Shown one piece after another: positions 50,500 through 59,791 of a stretch of DNA of 64,000 nucleotides; position 1 is the first letter of the stretch; every line of letters starts with the position of its first letter. Source of the stretch: Candidatus Altiarchaeota archaeon (GTDB lineage: Archaea > Altiarchaeota > Altiarchaeia > IMC4 > QMZM01); contig JAFGDV010000022.1 of assembly GCA_016931955.1 (NCBI GenBank), positions 1 to 64,000 of the forward strand, read 5' to 3'. The position numbers were made by a program, and so were the translations under genes. The notes beneath the pieces were generated by a model. The model ran no database searches. It was given only the letters and a program-made list of their open reading frames with translations, and was not told the origin of the DNA.

Positions 50500-50919
50500 C
50501 TACTCTTCGCGTTCTTTAAAGCTTACTGTCTCAGGGGTTATGAACTTGCGGTTAACGTCTCTTATCAGCGAATCACAGTCCTGTTTTATCTTTTCCAGTG
50601 TTGCTATGATCCGTCTCCTCTCCCCTTCAACGTCGTCGATCATCTCATAGGGCTCTATTGCGGTCTTGAAGTCATCCAACTCCACGACCGTGTACTCTGA
50701 TTGATTGATTTTCTGCGTTATTTTTCGGCAGATTTTTTCAAGCCAGAGATTCATTTCCCTCTTCACTCTACTCCTTATTAGCTTGTCTTTATCAAGTTCC
50801 TCCCTCATCAATCTGACGATTGGGGCCATCGCAAACGCGAACTCTTTCCCCTCAACTTCCTCCTCGGAGCCCTCGATTTCCTCAGATTCCTCTTCCTCGA
50901 TTTTTTCTTTGTCCACCAT
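50500..50919 (-). CDS. Host histone-fold protein with acidic N-terminal tail and C-terminal coiled-coil helix
   Basis: AMAPIVRLMRE resembles HMf PIAPIGRIIK and VVELDDFKTA resembles TIKAEDIELA; alpha2 about one turn shorter. Confidence 0.6.
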   Translation of the reverse strand: MVDKEKIEEEESEEIEGSEEEVEGKEFAFAMAPIVRLMREELDKDKLIRSRVKREMNLWLEKICRKITQKINQSEYTVVELDDFKTAIEPYEMIDDVEGERRRIIATLEKIKQDCDSLIRDVNRKFITPETVSFKEREE

Positions 50920-51048
50920 TTTTCAACCCATCCAGAACATATTCTTAGAATAAAAAAGACTCTGCTTAAGTATTAAGATTTCAATCTAAAAAGCCGCACC
51001 ACAGGATTTTTTAACATCAAAAAAGAATAATAGTTAAGCCATACAAAC

Positions 51049-51123
51049 GCTGGGGTAGCCTAGCCCGGTCAGGCGGTCGGCTGCAGACCGACTTTAACGG
51101 GAGTTCAAATCTCTCCCCCAGCT
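51049..51123 (+). tRNA. tRNA-Cys(GCA), integration target
   Basis: Acceptor stem GCTGGGG/CCCCAGC, anticodon arm GTCGG-CTGCAGA-CCGAC, T loop TTCAAAT. Confidence 0.95.
51109..51123 (+). repeat. attL core
   Basis: ATCTCTCCCCCAGCT (tRNA-Cys 3' end). Confidence 0.9.
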
Positions 51124-51244
51124 CTAATAGTTTAGGGAAAAACGGCAGATTATTAAGGTTGAAATACCTAAAAACCTAAGTAAGCCACGTATCCCCACAA
51201 AGAGGAGGAGGAAAAGCCACGGAAAACTCCCTTTAGGGGATAAA

Positions 51245-52456
51245 ATGAAAAAGAAACAAAGTGAGTTAGACATATATGGCTTAGATGAACGGTTCTCTAA
51301 GTTTGATGAACGCATAAGAAACTCTGATCTGATCTGTGAAAACAAAGACCTTGTTATAGCCTTTAAGCGGAAAGTGTATTCTGCCTCTTTGATGGGGAAA
51401 CACAGGATACACAAATACGAGGTGTTCTTTAAAAACTATGACAGACTATTGCAGAAACCCTTTAACGAGGCCACAAGAGACGATCTTGAGGAGGTGGTAT
51501 CCAAAGTCAAGGATAACCCAGAGTGGAAGGAACTCACAAAGAGAGACTTTCTATTATGTCTTAAACGCTACTATAAGATAGCCTCCGACCTGCAGGATGA
51601 AAGCGAGTACCCAGAATTGGTTAAGTGGATTAAGACACCCAAAGTCAAAGAGCCACCGATAAACTATGACGAAATACCGTCATGGGATGACGTGGTTAAG
51701 ATGGCTAATTACACTCTTAACGCAAGAGACGAAGCCCTTATTAAGAGTATCTGGGAGGCAGGGAATAGAATAGGCGAACACCTGACCTTGCGTGTCTGTG
51801 ATGTTGAGGAGGTGGAAACTGGCTTATACTTGAATATCTGGAAAAGCAAAACCGATCCGCGTAAGGTTTTCATTAAGCTGTCAGCGGAGGACATACTTTG
51901 TTGGTTGAACATGCACCCATTAAGACATGACGGTGACGCACCCTTATTCTGTAAACTCAAAAGGGGAGAGCATAACACGGTAATAGGCCACAAATACGCC
52001 TATGAACTGATGAAACGGCTTAAGAAGAGAGCTAAGATAAACAAGAAAGTGTCTCCCCACATGCTCAGACACGGATCGGCAAGTTATTTCTCTGATTGGT
52101 TGAGTGACTCGGACATGGATACTAAGTATGGGTGGCGTATAGGGAGTAAGATTAAGGCACGGTACACTCACAAGAACCCGAAAAGTGTTGAGGCCAAGAT
52201 AAGGAAAATGGCAGGAGAGGAAGAGAACGGAGTACAAAACATTTACGAGGAAATGCAGGAGGAACTTATCAGGTGTCTGTTCTGTGATAAACTCAACAGT
52301 CCAAGCCGTAAAACATGTTGGTACTGTAAGCATATTCTTAAGAGAGAGTTGAGCGACATAGTGCAATTAGTTAAAGAAAGCATGGAATCTAAGATAGATG
52401 AGATAGTGTTGAATGCTATTGAGGGGAAAACCAGTAAAAGGCAAACAATAAAATAG
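51245..52456 (+). CDS. Tyrosine recombinase/integrase with C-terminal Zn ribbon
   Basis: EAGNRIGE, KSKT, PHMLRH, YGW..RYTH catalytic residues; CLFC..CWYC. Confidence 0.92.
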   Translation: MKKKQSELDIYGLDERFSKFDERIRNSDLICENKDLVIAFKRKVYSASLMGKHRIHKYEVFFKNYDRLLQKPFNEATRDDLEEVVSKVKDNPEWKELTKRDFLLCLKRYYKIASDLQDESEYPELVKWIKTPKVKEPPINYDEIPSWDDVVKMANYTLNARDEALIKSIWEAGNRIGEHLTLRVCDVEEVETGLYLNIWKSKTDPRKVFIKLSAEDILCWLNMHPLRHDGDAPLFCKLKRGEHNTVIGHKYAYELMKRLKKRAKINKKVSPHMLRHGSASYFSDWLSDSDMDTKYGWRIGSKIKARYTHKNPKSVEAKIRKMAGEEENGVQNIYEEMQEELIRCLFCDKLNSPSRKTCWYCKHILKRELSDIVQLVKESMESKIDEIVLNAIEGKTSKRQTIK

Positions 52457-53471
52457 TGTCCTTATACAATTCTCTCTCTGTGAAATATGCAGTACATGGT
52501 TGCGTGTGAGATCATTGTATGGATTGTTTTCACAGAGGGAGACCTTTTCTTATTTATTTGTGTCAGATATGGTTTTTCTGAGTTTTGGATAAGAAACCCA
52601 TTCTATAAGTATATAGGGTATGGTTTTTTAGGTTTTTTCTAAAAGTTTGAGACTGAAAAACCTCTCTTTGTTTTTCACCGCTATCGGTTAAAAAAGGGGG
52701 TTTAATGGGTGAGAACTCATTTAGACGATCTCCTAAACACCCTGAAAAGTGAGGTTTTGGGTTATCCAAATTGTGCAAGTTTAGGTCTATGAGAGGGATA
52801 TGTGCAGAGGAGTCTATCATTCTGGTCTGCGTAAGACAGAGCTACATACAAACAACTTAGGGGGTTTTCCTATATATAGGAGTCTAAATAGTCTCAATTC
52901 ATTAATGTCATGTTGGGGGAGTATTCTATACATAGATTCCTAAAATTTCTAAAATATTTTATTTTTTTAGAATGTAAACCAAAAAACTAATTATCATATA
53001 ATAAATATGTTTTTCTAAACTGAATTAAGTTTTTTGGTTTCGTTTCGAAAGATTTGTTTAAACAAATTGGGGGGTTTTTGTATATGTTTTTGGGGGTGAT
53101 CTCAACCTGCATAAGTGAGTGATTGAGTTACCCTTTCATGTCTGAGTGTGGCATAAAAAACCGTTTCCACATTTAAGAGGGCAATAATTTAACTATATAT
53201 TAGAATAAATGACAGTCTAAGAAAAAGTTACTTACATGTTACAACGGAAGGACATAATATTATCTAAATATGTGATCCAAAAAAAAGTTTCTGTTCAATG
53301 TTAAGAAACTGGGGTAATATCTATCTAAATATATATATTATAATATAGTGCAAACATAACACACACTAAGAGACGTTTTAACTAACTAATTGATTGATTG
53401 AATGAGTCTCCAATTTACTACGATAAGAATCTCTCTCCTGTGAATTTTTCCTTAGTTTTTGGTTCAATGGA

Positions 53472-53547
53472 CTTGACACCTCTGACATATCTGACACCTC
53501 TGGTCGCTTGATACGTTTTGAGAGGTGTCACACTCTGACACCTCTGA
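53472..53547. repeat. Iteron-like 9-bp repeat cluster 1 (TCTGACACC), intergenic
   Basis: CTTGACACC-TCTGACATA-TCTGACACC-TCTG, inverted AGAGGTGTCA, then TCTGACACCTCTGA. Confidence 0.75.
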
Positions 53548-53565
53548 AAAAAAACTATAATTTCT

Positions 53566-54222
53566 CTAAGGCTTAAGGTATCTCTCCAAGTCATTTATCC
53601 GTTCAGTAACGTCAATGCTCTTGATCTTAACCACCCCAGAGCTTAACTTAGGCCTCCCTCTCTGAGTAATATCTCTTTTTCGGTCAGGAAACAGTTTTTC
53701 CATTACACCAAAATAGTCTATACTCAAAGCCTTAGGTGTTCTCCCCGATCTCTGACCTGTGAATTTTCTCTTTCCTTTACCTTGAACGAGATAGTTTTCT
53801 CTCACCAGTTTTTTAATTATTTTCACAAAGGACTCACTTCTTGTGGCGTGTTTTCGTCTTATCACAGCTAATAAATCGCCTTTGCTTATGCTACCAGACT
53901 TAAAGACCTCAAATAGTATGGTTCTCTCTCTTTCCGTGAGTTCAAGCTCATGGAGGCCTAATAAGAAATTCACATAGATAAGTGCGGTCACGTTATAGAA
54001 CGACATAGCTCCGATGACTTGATCAAGTGTTTTTTTGGAGATTTGTTTTGTTTGTATCTGGTTAAGGCACTCATTTAATAGGCCGTTGGGTTTGAATATT
54101 TCTCGATAATCTTGTATGTATGAGCTTAACCCTATTCTGGTTGGTTGAGATTCTATTTCCAGGTATGTTTTTTTTTCTGTGAATAAAAAATTGCTTTTTA
54201 TGTTTTTTTGCATTTTTTCCAC
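53566..54222 (-). CDS. Winged-helix transcriptional regulator of the element
   Basis: LTERERTILFEV..SKGDL..IIKKLVRENYLV..GRTPK; divergent from the replication operon. Confidence 0.6.
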   Translation of the reverse strand: MEKMQKNIKSNFLFTEKKTYLEIESQPTRIGLSSYIQDYREIFKPNGLLNECLNQIQTKQISKKTLDQVIGAMSFYNVTALIYVNFLLGLHELELTERERTILFEVFKSGSISKGDLLAVIRRKHATRSESFVKIIKKLVRENYLVQGKGKRKFTGQRSGRTPKALSIDYFGVMEKLFPDRKRDITQRGRPKLSSGVVKIKSIDVTERINDLERYLKP

Positions 54223-54284
54223 CTCTTTTCTTTATTTCACTTTAAAGACTTTTTTTAGGTCTAATACACACTTGTTTTAGTTTA

Positions 54285-54319
54285 ATAATATTCCATATGG
54301 GGAATATTATGTTTATATA
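54285..54319. promoter_or_regulatory. Palindromic operator abutting a TATA box
   Basis: ATAATATTCC-ATATGG-GGAATATTAT perfect 10-bp inverted repeat, then TTTATATA (54312-54319), between divergent regulators. Confidence 0.6.
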
Positions 54320-54373
54320 GACTTTCAACCATATAAATGAATGAGACTTGCTCGAGAGAAAACAAACAAAAAA

Positions 54374-54577
54374 ATGGCGAAAAGACAGGGAAGAAAAATA
54401 AAACCAATATATCTTGGACTCCCCTTGCCCATACACGAATACATAGAAAGAAAAGCAGACAGGGAGTGCATATCCTCAAGCGAGATACTGAGACAGATCG
54501 TGTTAGAGCATTTCAAGACCACAAAAAATTTCGAGATCATAAGAGAGTGCGAAAATGAACCCCGACACCCCAAATAA
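54374..54577 (+). CDS. Ribbon-helix-helix (CopG-like) regulator
   Basis: PIYLGLPLPIHEYIERKADRECISSSEILRQIVLEHF. Confidence 0.75.
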   Translation: MAKRQGRKIKPIYLGLPLPIHEYIERKADRECISSSEILRQIVLEHFKTTKNFEIIRECENEPRHPK

Positions 54578-57410
54578 AAAAGATATTAGACGGTTTTATG
54601 ACCTATTAGGCCATAAAGATCAGACAGAAATACGGTTAATTCCACCCATAAAACAAGAATGGGTGTCCACCGAAAAAGAATTTCTAAGCGTCTGTGAAAG
54701 ATACAATGGCAAAAAGAACGTCTATGCAGGTCTTAATGAAAGAAAACTAAACGGCTCAAAGACTGAAGATGTCATATCACTTGAGACCATAATTCTTGAC
54801 ATTGATCCCATAAGGAAACCACAGGATAAAGACGAGGAAAAACTAAAAGACCTAAACAAGCATAATGCGACTAATTCCGAGATTGAAAAGACCAGAAAAG
54901 ACGTAGAAAAAATAAGTGCATGGTACGTCAAACAAGGCTTTAAGTCTCCATGCATAGCGTTTTCTGGTAATGGTTTTTATGTAATTTCTAAAATTCCACA
55001 CATAGACTTAAGTGATGAAAACAGAGACACCATACAGAAAGGCTTAGAATTATTTTGCAAAGAAATTCAAGACAAATTCAATAATGAAAATACTCACATA
55101 GACAGTACCTTTGACTTAGCACGAATATACAAAGTCATAGGAACTCAAGCATTAAAGAAAGAAACACCAGAAAGACCTAATAGGTACTCCCATTTTATCA
55201 CGGAAAACGATCCAGAACCAGATCAAGCCCTCTGTGAATATATCCTCAGTTTAAGAGAACCTGAAAAGGAAATTTCACAAACAGCAGACAAGGGTATTGA
55301 ACTTAAGGACTTTGAGTTTTGTTGTAAGTTTGATGACACACTAAGAGAACTCTATGACGGTGACATATCAGGGTATAAGTCTCGATCAGAGGCAGAGGAG
55401 GGTTTAGTTTTCAAGTTAGTCTATTATGGGTTTAGTGACTCACAGATCAGACAAATAATGTCTGGTTCAAAAATAGGCCGATGGAACGAGAAACCAAAGA
55501 AAACACAGGATAAAGACATACAGAAAGCCTTTGAGAATGTCACAGACCGCTTTGACTGGAATGAGAGCAAACAAGAACCAATAACTTTATCATATTCCAC
55601 AGGACACTTACCATATTTTAGCGACCTGATGACCGCATTAGCTCTTTTTGGTAAAGATTATGTGTTAATCGGTAAGTTGCTCTGGTATCAATTAGTGTCT
55701 GTGAATATTCCCATAGAGTATAAGCCGTTATGTCTTGGATCGGTTGAGACAGACTTACGGTTGCATGGGGTTTATGTCTTGAATGCAGGACACGGTAAAC
55801 AAAACATTAAGACACTCATACAGCGTGTGTTAGGTAATGTTGGCTTGATTGTATCCACCCCTGTATCATATCACCAAGAGCAACTGATTGGGAAAATACT
55901 TAAACGAAGAGAGAAAGACCAAAAGATAGGTGAGGAAATCACCAAAATAATACAAAACAAGGGATACTTAGCTGATGACTATCTATTCATAGACGAAGGA
56001 TATCTTTTTTTCACAAGCACGGAAACAAAATATGAACAAGCACGGTCTTATATCGCCACAGCCCTCGATCCTTACCCGAATAACATAGTCTATAAGAAAG
56101 CCGTTGATGACCTGAGAGAGCAGGGAGAGGTCTTGAATTACGCACCTCATATTGTCATGGGTGTCGCATTACAACCAGAGAGGATACCAGAGCATATTAT
56201 AAGCAGAGGACTATTGAGGAGATACCTTGTTGTATGGGTTCAATGTAATGAGGATGACAAGAAAAGAGCCTTTAAGGAAAGGCTTGAGGAGAGAGACACG
56301 GAAACAACCAGAAACAATTTTTCGGAATACTTGAAAAGCATTCAAGAGAACGACTTTACCCAGAATAAGCAAAGAAAGGTGGTTTTTTCTAAGGAGGCAG
56401 TCACCCGAATTCAGGAACTACATACTGAATTACTCACAGTTGGAGGGAGTATTAACACGAAATGCAGTAACTTTGCGGAAATAGTAGAGTTCACAGCAGA
56501 GGACTATCTCATAAAGTTATCGAGTATTTTGGCCATAGGTAGAGGACACTATACCATTGAAACTGAGGATGTCGAATTAGCATACTGTGACCTATTTGAG
56601 TTTTTCTGGTCTTGTCTAAACTATGTGAACTGTATTGTTCAGGGTAATTTTGACTATGGTAAGTCTTGGATGGGTGCAGGAGAGAAAGAAATTGAGTGCC
56701 TTGAATATCTAAATGACAATGAGGCAATATCCTTTGAAACCTCCAATATTTCGATCACCGACTTTTTAGAATGTGTCCAAGATGTTTATTCTTGTGAGAT
56801 TAGAACAGCTCAGAGACGCAAAAACCATTTTTTTAAAAGAGGATGGATTGACCTAAAGAAAGGCCAACATGATTCTAAGGTGTGGTTGAATTTCACCCCA
56901 GAATTAAGGAAAAAGCTTAACCGATTCGACTTTTCACAGTCTGAATATGTGAGGATAGTCACCAAAAACAAGGAAATTTGCTCTAAGAAACTTGACATGT
57001 CTGACAGGTCTGACACCTCTGAAAGAGAAAAAGAAATTCCAGAGATGTCAGAGGTGTCAGAGGTGACAAGTGCATATACCAAAAATTACACGAAAAACAC
57101 CCCAGAGATGTCAGAGGTGTCAGAGGTGACACCCCCCCAGAACCAAAAAAACCTTTCCGAAAAGACAAAAAAACTCTATTCTCTCTGTGAAAATATCATG
57201 GACTCAAGTGGCTTAATCGGTAAACAGCGTATCATATCCGAAGCCACAAAACACCTTAAGTTTCCCAGAAAACTCACAGACAAAGAAAAAGAACGTGAGA
57301 TCAGGAAACTTATCCTGACTTTGGAAAAAGAAAAACTACTCACAAAGACCAGAGATGGCCTTTATGAGATGAAAAAGAAACAAAAAGTTTTGGAGGAAAA
57401 AATAGAATGA
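54555..57410 (+). CDS. Replicase: AEP-type primase + helical bundle + MCM-like AAA+ helicase + C-terminal winged helix
   Basis: ILDID, FSGNGFY, DLARIYKVIGT; SRSEAE; DLRLHGVYVLNAGHGK, GYLADDYLFIDEG, GLLRRY, LIKLSSILA..IETEDVELA. Confidence 0.75.
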   Translation: MNPDTPNKKDIRRFYDLLGHKDQTEIRLIPPIKQEWVSTEKEFLSVCERYNGKKNVYAGLNERKLNGSKTEDVISLETIILDIDPIRKPQDKDEEKLKDLNKHNATNSEIEKTRKDVEKISAWYVKQGFKSPCIAFSGNGFYVISKIPHIDLSDENRDTIQKGLELFCKEIQDKFNNENTHIDSTFDLARIYKVIGTQALKKETPERPNRYSHFITENDPEPDQALCEYILSLREPEKEISQTADKGIELKDFEFCCKFDDTLRELYDGDISGYKSRSEAEEGLVFKLVYYGFSDSQIRQIMSGSKIGRWNEKPKKTQDKDIQKAFENVTDRFDWNESKQEPITLSYSTGHLPYFSDLMTALALFGKDYVLIGKLLWYQLVSVNIPIEYKPLCLGSVETDLRLHGVYVLNAGHGKQNIKTLIQRVLGNVGLIVSTPVSYHQEQLIGKILKRREKDQKIGEEITKIIQNKGYLADDYLFIDEGYLFFTSTETKYEQARSYIATALDPYPNNIVYKKAVDDLREQGEVLNYAPHIVMGVALQPERIPEHIISRGLLRRYLVVWVQCNEDDKKRAFKERLEERDTETTRNNFSEYLKSIQENDFTQNKQRKVVFSKEAVTRIQELHTELLTVGGSINTKCSNFAEIVEFTAEDYLIKLSSILAIGRGHYTIETEDVELAYCDLFEFFWSCLNYVNCIVQGNFDYGKSWMGAGEKEIECLEYLNDNEAISFETSNISITDFLECVQDVYSCEIRTAQRRKNHFFKRGWIDLKKGQHDSKVWLNFTPELRKKLNRFDFSQSEYVRIVTKNKEICSKKLDMSDRSDTSEREKEIPEMSEVSEVTSAYTKNYTKNTPEMSEVSEVTPPQNQKNLSEKTKKLYSLCENIMDSSGLIGKQRIISEATKHLKFPRKLTDKEKEREIRKLILTLEKEKLLTKTRDGLYEMKKKQKVLEEKIE
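56991..57131. repeat. Iteron-like repeat cluster 2, inside the replicase CDS
   Basis: CTTGACATG-TCTGACAGG-TCTGACACC-TCTGA, then two identical inverted 30-mers CCAGAGATGTCAGAGGTGTCAGAGGTGACA (57039, 57102). Confidence 0.85.
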
Positions 57411-57697
57411 AACTGGATGACATAGACATTGAACCAGAAACCCAGAGCATACCTGACGGCTTTGAAATAAGCATGGATGAGTTACTTGATGTTGATTTCC
57501 AGACTAAGACCTTTGAAAGAGATGATGGTACAAAAACTAAGCGATGGCTCTTTGAGTACAAGAAAAAGAACTACTATGTTGGTAAGCAAATTCTTAGGAT
57601 ATTCAAGCGAGCCATATCTGAGGGTTGTAGGTCTGTGAAAATCAGTAAGACAGGGGAGGGTATGAGGACTCACTATGAGGGTATTTTTAAAGGGTGA
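57407..57697 (+). CDS. Small beta-rich protein, possible OB-fold ssDNA-binding protein
   Basis: Coupled to the replicase; ends SVKISKTGEGMRTHYE, resembling viral SSB C-terminal strands. Confidence 0.45.
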   Translation: MKLDDIDIEPETQSIPDGFEISMDELLDVDFQTKTFERDDGTKTKRWLFEYKKKNYYVGKQILRIFKRAISEGCRSVKISKTGEGMRTHYEGIFKG

Positions 57698-57728
57698 TTA
57701 CGTCACCCCATTTTTTTTACACTAAAAA

Positions 57729-57959
57729 ATGGATGAGGACACATTTAAATCACTTATGCGTGTGAGCAGAGAACTAAGGATGTTAGACGAGAAAATAAGC
57801 CGTCTGATTGAATGTCAGAGAACTCAAGAAGATCAGCTTAAGACTATTTCACATGACTTTGACACTCGCATAATTGAGTTTGAGCAGACCATTGACGAGA
57901 AAATTCGTAAAAGAGTTTTTTATCAGCTAAACAAGGAGGCCTCAAGTAAACCTTACTAA
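57729..57959 (+). CDS. Small coiled-coil protein
   Basis: Heptad pattern; within the element operon. Confidence 0.55.
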   Translation: MDEDTFKSLMRVSRELRMLDEKISRLIECQRTQEDQLKTISHDFDTRIIEFEQTIDEKIRKRVFYQLNKEASSKPY

Positions 57960-57963
57960 AAAA

Positions 57964-58113
57964 ATGAAAAAACACGGTACGTTTGAGTGTGGTAATTGCG
58001 GAAAAGCAACTGGGGAGCTCTTTAAACACGGCTCTCTTTGGTTGTGTAAGGGTTGTTATGAATATTATATCCGTGATCCGTTTAGTAAAAAAATCGAGGG
58101 TGAGGCAAGGTGA
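57964..58113 (+). CDS. 49-aa C4 zinc-finger protein (not in the ORF track)
   Basis: MKKHGTFECGNCGK..LWLCKGCY; GTGA overlap with the next gene. Confidence 0.6.
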   Translation: MKKHGTFECGNCGKATGELFKHGSLWLCKGCYEYYIRDPFSKKIEGEAR

Positions 58114-58454
58114 CTCAAGCGTTTTGTCTTAAATGTGGCACGTACTCGAATTCGCTTAACCGTGAGGGTCTGTGTCCGAATTGCGAGGCGTGGATTAAGT
58201 GGCTTAAAGATAAACGTCGAGGCCAAGAAAAAAACGGATGGCGTGATCTCCAAAAGGAATACACTCAAAGAAACCGAGAGCTTAAGAAAATTCGAGAGGA
58301 GTGGAATCGCAAATACAGGAGTCAGGCCAGTTTTGAGATACAAAAAATTTTGGGTGAAAACAGACCTCCAAGAGAGGATACTGTATGCACCCAAGAACAA
58401 AAAAACAAAAAAGGAGAAAAACAAAATGACACACAAAAACAAACAAAGTCCTAA
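58110..58454 (+). CDS. Zinc-finger plus basic coiled-coil protein
   Basis: FCLKCG..GLCPNCE. Confidence 0.6.
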   Translation: MTQAFCLKCGTYSNSLNREGLCPNCEAWIKWLKDKRRGQEKNGWRDLQKEYTQRNRELKKIREEWNRKYRSQASFEIQKILGENRPPREDTVCTQEQKNKKGEKQNDTQKQTKS

Positions 58455-58794
58455 AGCAGACAAAAAAGAACCAAAGGGTATATCCCAAATATCATACCGT
58501 TCAGTCAAACAGCACATGAAACAAAAAACAGACCTGAAAATTTCACAGAAAACAATACTCAAAGTCCGAGAACTATGCGAACAATACATTGAGGACTTAA
58601 CCAATGAACTTGAGTTCTTGGCATTGGAAAACAAACAAAAAACTTTGTTAGTCCAAAACACGGACACAGCATTACAGAATTACCGATACTCTGAGCTTAG
58701 AAAAATTCTTGTGAACGTAACCCCCCAGTTATCAAATTCATTGGAGAGCATACAGCACATACTCGACTTAATCGAGAAAAAACAAGTGAGGTAG
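58426..58794 (+). CDS. Element-encoded histone-fold protein with Lys-rich N-terminal tail and C-terminal helix
   Basis: AAGGAG RBS at 58411; QISYRSVKQHMK..KIS..E..LA..KQKTL..NTDTAL aligns ungapped over ~63 aa to HMfB as I recall its sequence. Confidence 0.7.
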   Translation: MTHKNKQSPKADKKEPKGISQISYRSVKQHMKQKTDLKISQKTILKVRELCEQYIEDLTNELEFLALENKQKTLLVQNTDTALQNYRYSELRKILVNVTPQLSNSLESIQHILDLIEKKQVR

Positions 58795-58804
58795 ATAGGA
58801 GAAA

Positions 58805-59116
58805 ATGACGGAAGAAATACCCTTAGAGGTTTTAGCGAACATGGATAAAGTGAAAAAAATACTTGAAAAAACAGACCACAGCGACACGGTTAAACTGAAA
58901 TACGAGGGAAACAAAAAGGGAGAGTGGTTTAAGTATAAGGTAGAGAGAGGACACAGTAAGGCAGGTAAGACCTTAGTTCACGGACAAGAAATATACGGCA
59001 ACCCAGACCATTGTTTAAGCGAAAGACAGACCTATGAGGCATTAAACCACCTTGTCAGAACAGGGAGAGCAGAGACCACAGCATATAAAGGACTTTTCTG
59101 GTATTCTGTGAAATAA
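58805..59116 (+). CDS. Hypothetical protein, possibly winged-helix-like
   Basis: AGGAG RBS; LSERQTYEALNHLVRTGRA..WYSV. Confidence 0.5.
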   Translation: MTEEIPLEVLANMDKVKKILEKTDHSDTVKLKYEGNKKGEWFKYKVERGHSKAGKTLVHGQEIYGNPDHCLSERQTYEALNHLVRTGRAETTAYKGLFWYSVK

Positions 59117-59371
59117 GGAAAAAATGAAAGTTTCTCACATTACTCCATACCTGTTCTGTCTATCTGGGGTTCAAAAGGCAGGATGGGGGAGATATAAACC
59201 CTCCTATGAGCCCTCTGAGGAAGAGGGAAAGGCGTGGATCATGACGAATACCAAAAAGGGGTTCACCTCAACTTTAAACGGTTGAAAGAAACTCACAACC
59301 ACCTTATAGTCGATAGGGTTTTTCCCTGAGAGGCGTTCACGTGACCATAAAGCCTTGAATAGAAGCGAGGT

Positions 59372-59521
59372 ATGACAAAGAAAATGATGAACGAAGACAG
59401 GTTGCTTGAGTTATTCAATGAACTTGATACGACTTTGATGAAAGTGGAGGTCATAGCAAGAGACGTTCACCGTCTCCGTGTGAAAATATTAAAGTGCTTA
59501 ACTGAAGATGAAAAAAGTTGA
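59372..59521 (+). CDS. 49-aa helical protein
   Basis: GAGGT RBS; overlaps the next small ORF. Confidence 0.45.
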   Translation: MTKKMMNEDRLLELFNELDTTLMKVEVIARDVHRLRVKILKCLTEDEKS

Positions 59522-59651
59522 ATTTGATGAACGATTGACGGAAATAGACACTCAATTTAAGAAGATCGTTGAAGACTTGGAAAAACTTGAGTTTCTTTTC
59601 TGTGACTTAGTGGACTCTTTAACGAGTTTGGAGGCTGAGAGACATGATTGA
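59508..59651 (+). CDS. 47-aa acidic helical protein
   Basis: Chain of overlapping small ORFs. Confidence 0.45.
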   Translation: MKKVEFDERLTEIDTQFKKIVEDLEKLEFLFCDLVDSLTSLEAERHD

Positions 59652-59790
59652 GTATGTGTTATTTTTACTGGGTTTGTTTGTTGTCTTATGGCTATTGTTT
59701 AGTTTTTTCGACAGCATAATGTGGCCTATACTGTTTTTAGGGGTGGTTCTCTTGTTTTTGGGCGTATGTAAGCTTGTGGGGTGGATATGA
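59644..59790 (+). CDS. 48-aa two-TM hydrophobic protein
   Basis: MIEYVLFLLGLFVVLWLLFSFFDSIMWPILFLGVVLLFLGVCKLVGWI. Confidence 0.55.
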   Translation: MIEYVLFLLGLFVVLWLLFSFFDSIMWPILFLGVVLLFLGVCKLVGWI

Positions 59791-59791
59791 A

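Noticed and set aside
52563-52820. 85-aa minus-strand ORF in the element's intergenic region
   Set aside because: No motif or clear RBS; lies in low-complexity AT-rich DNA
58135-58425. N-terminal 97 aa of the listed 219-aa ORF
   Set aside because: Overlaps the Zn-finger gene 58110-58454; an AAGGAG RBS supports the start at 58426
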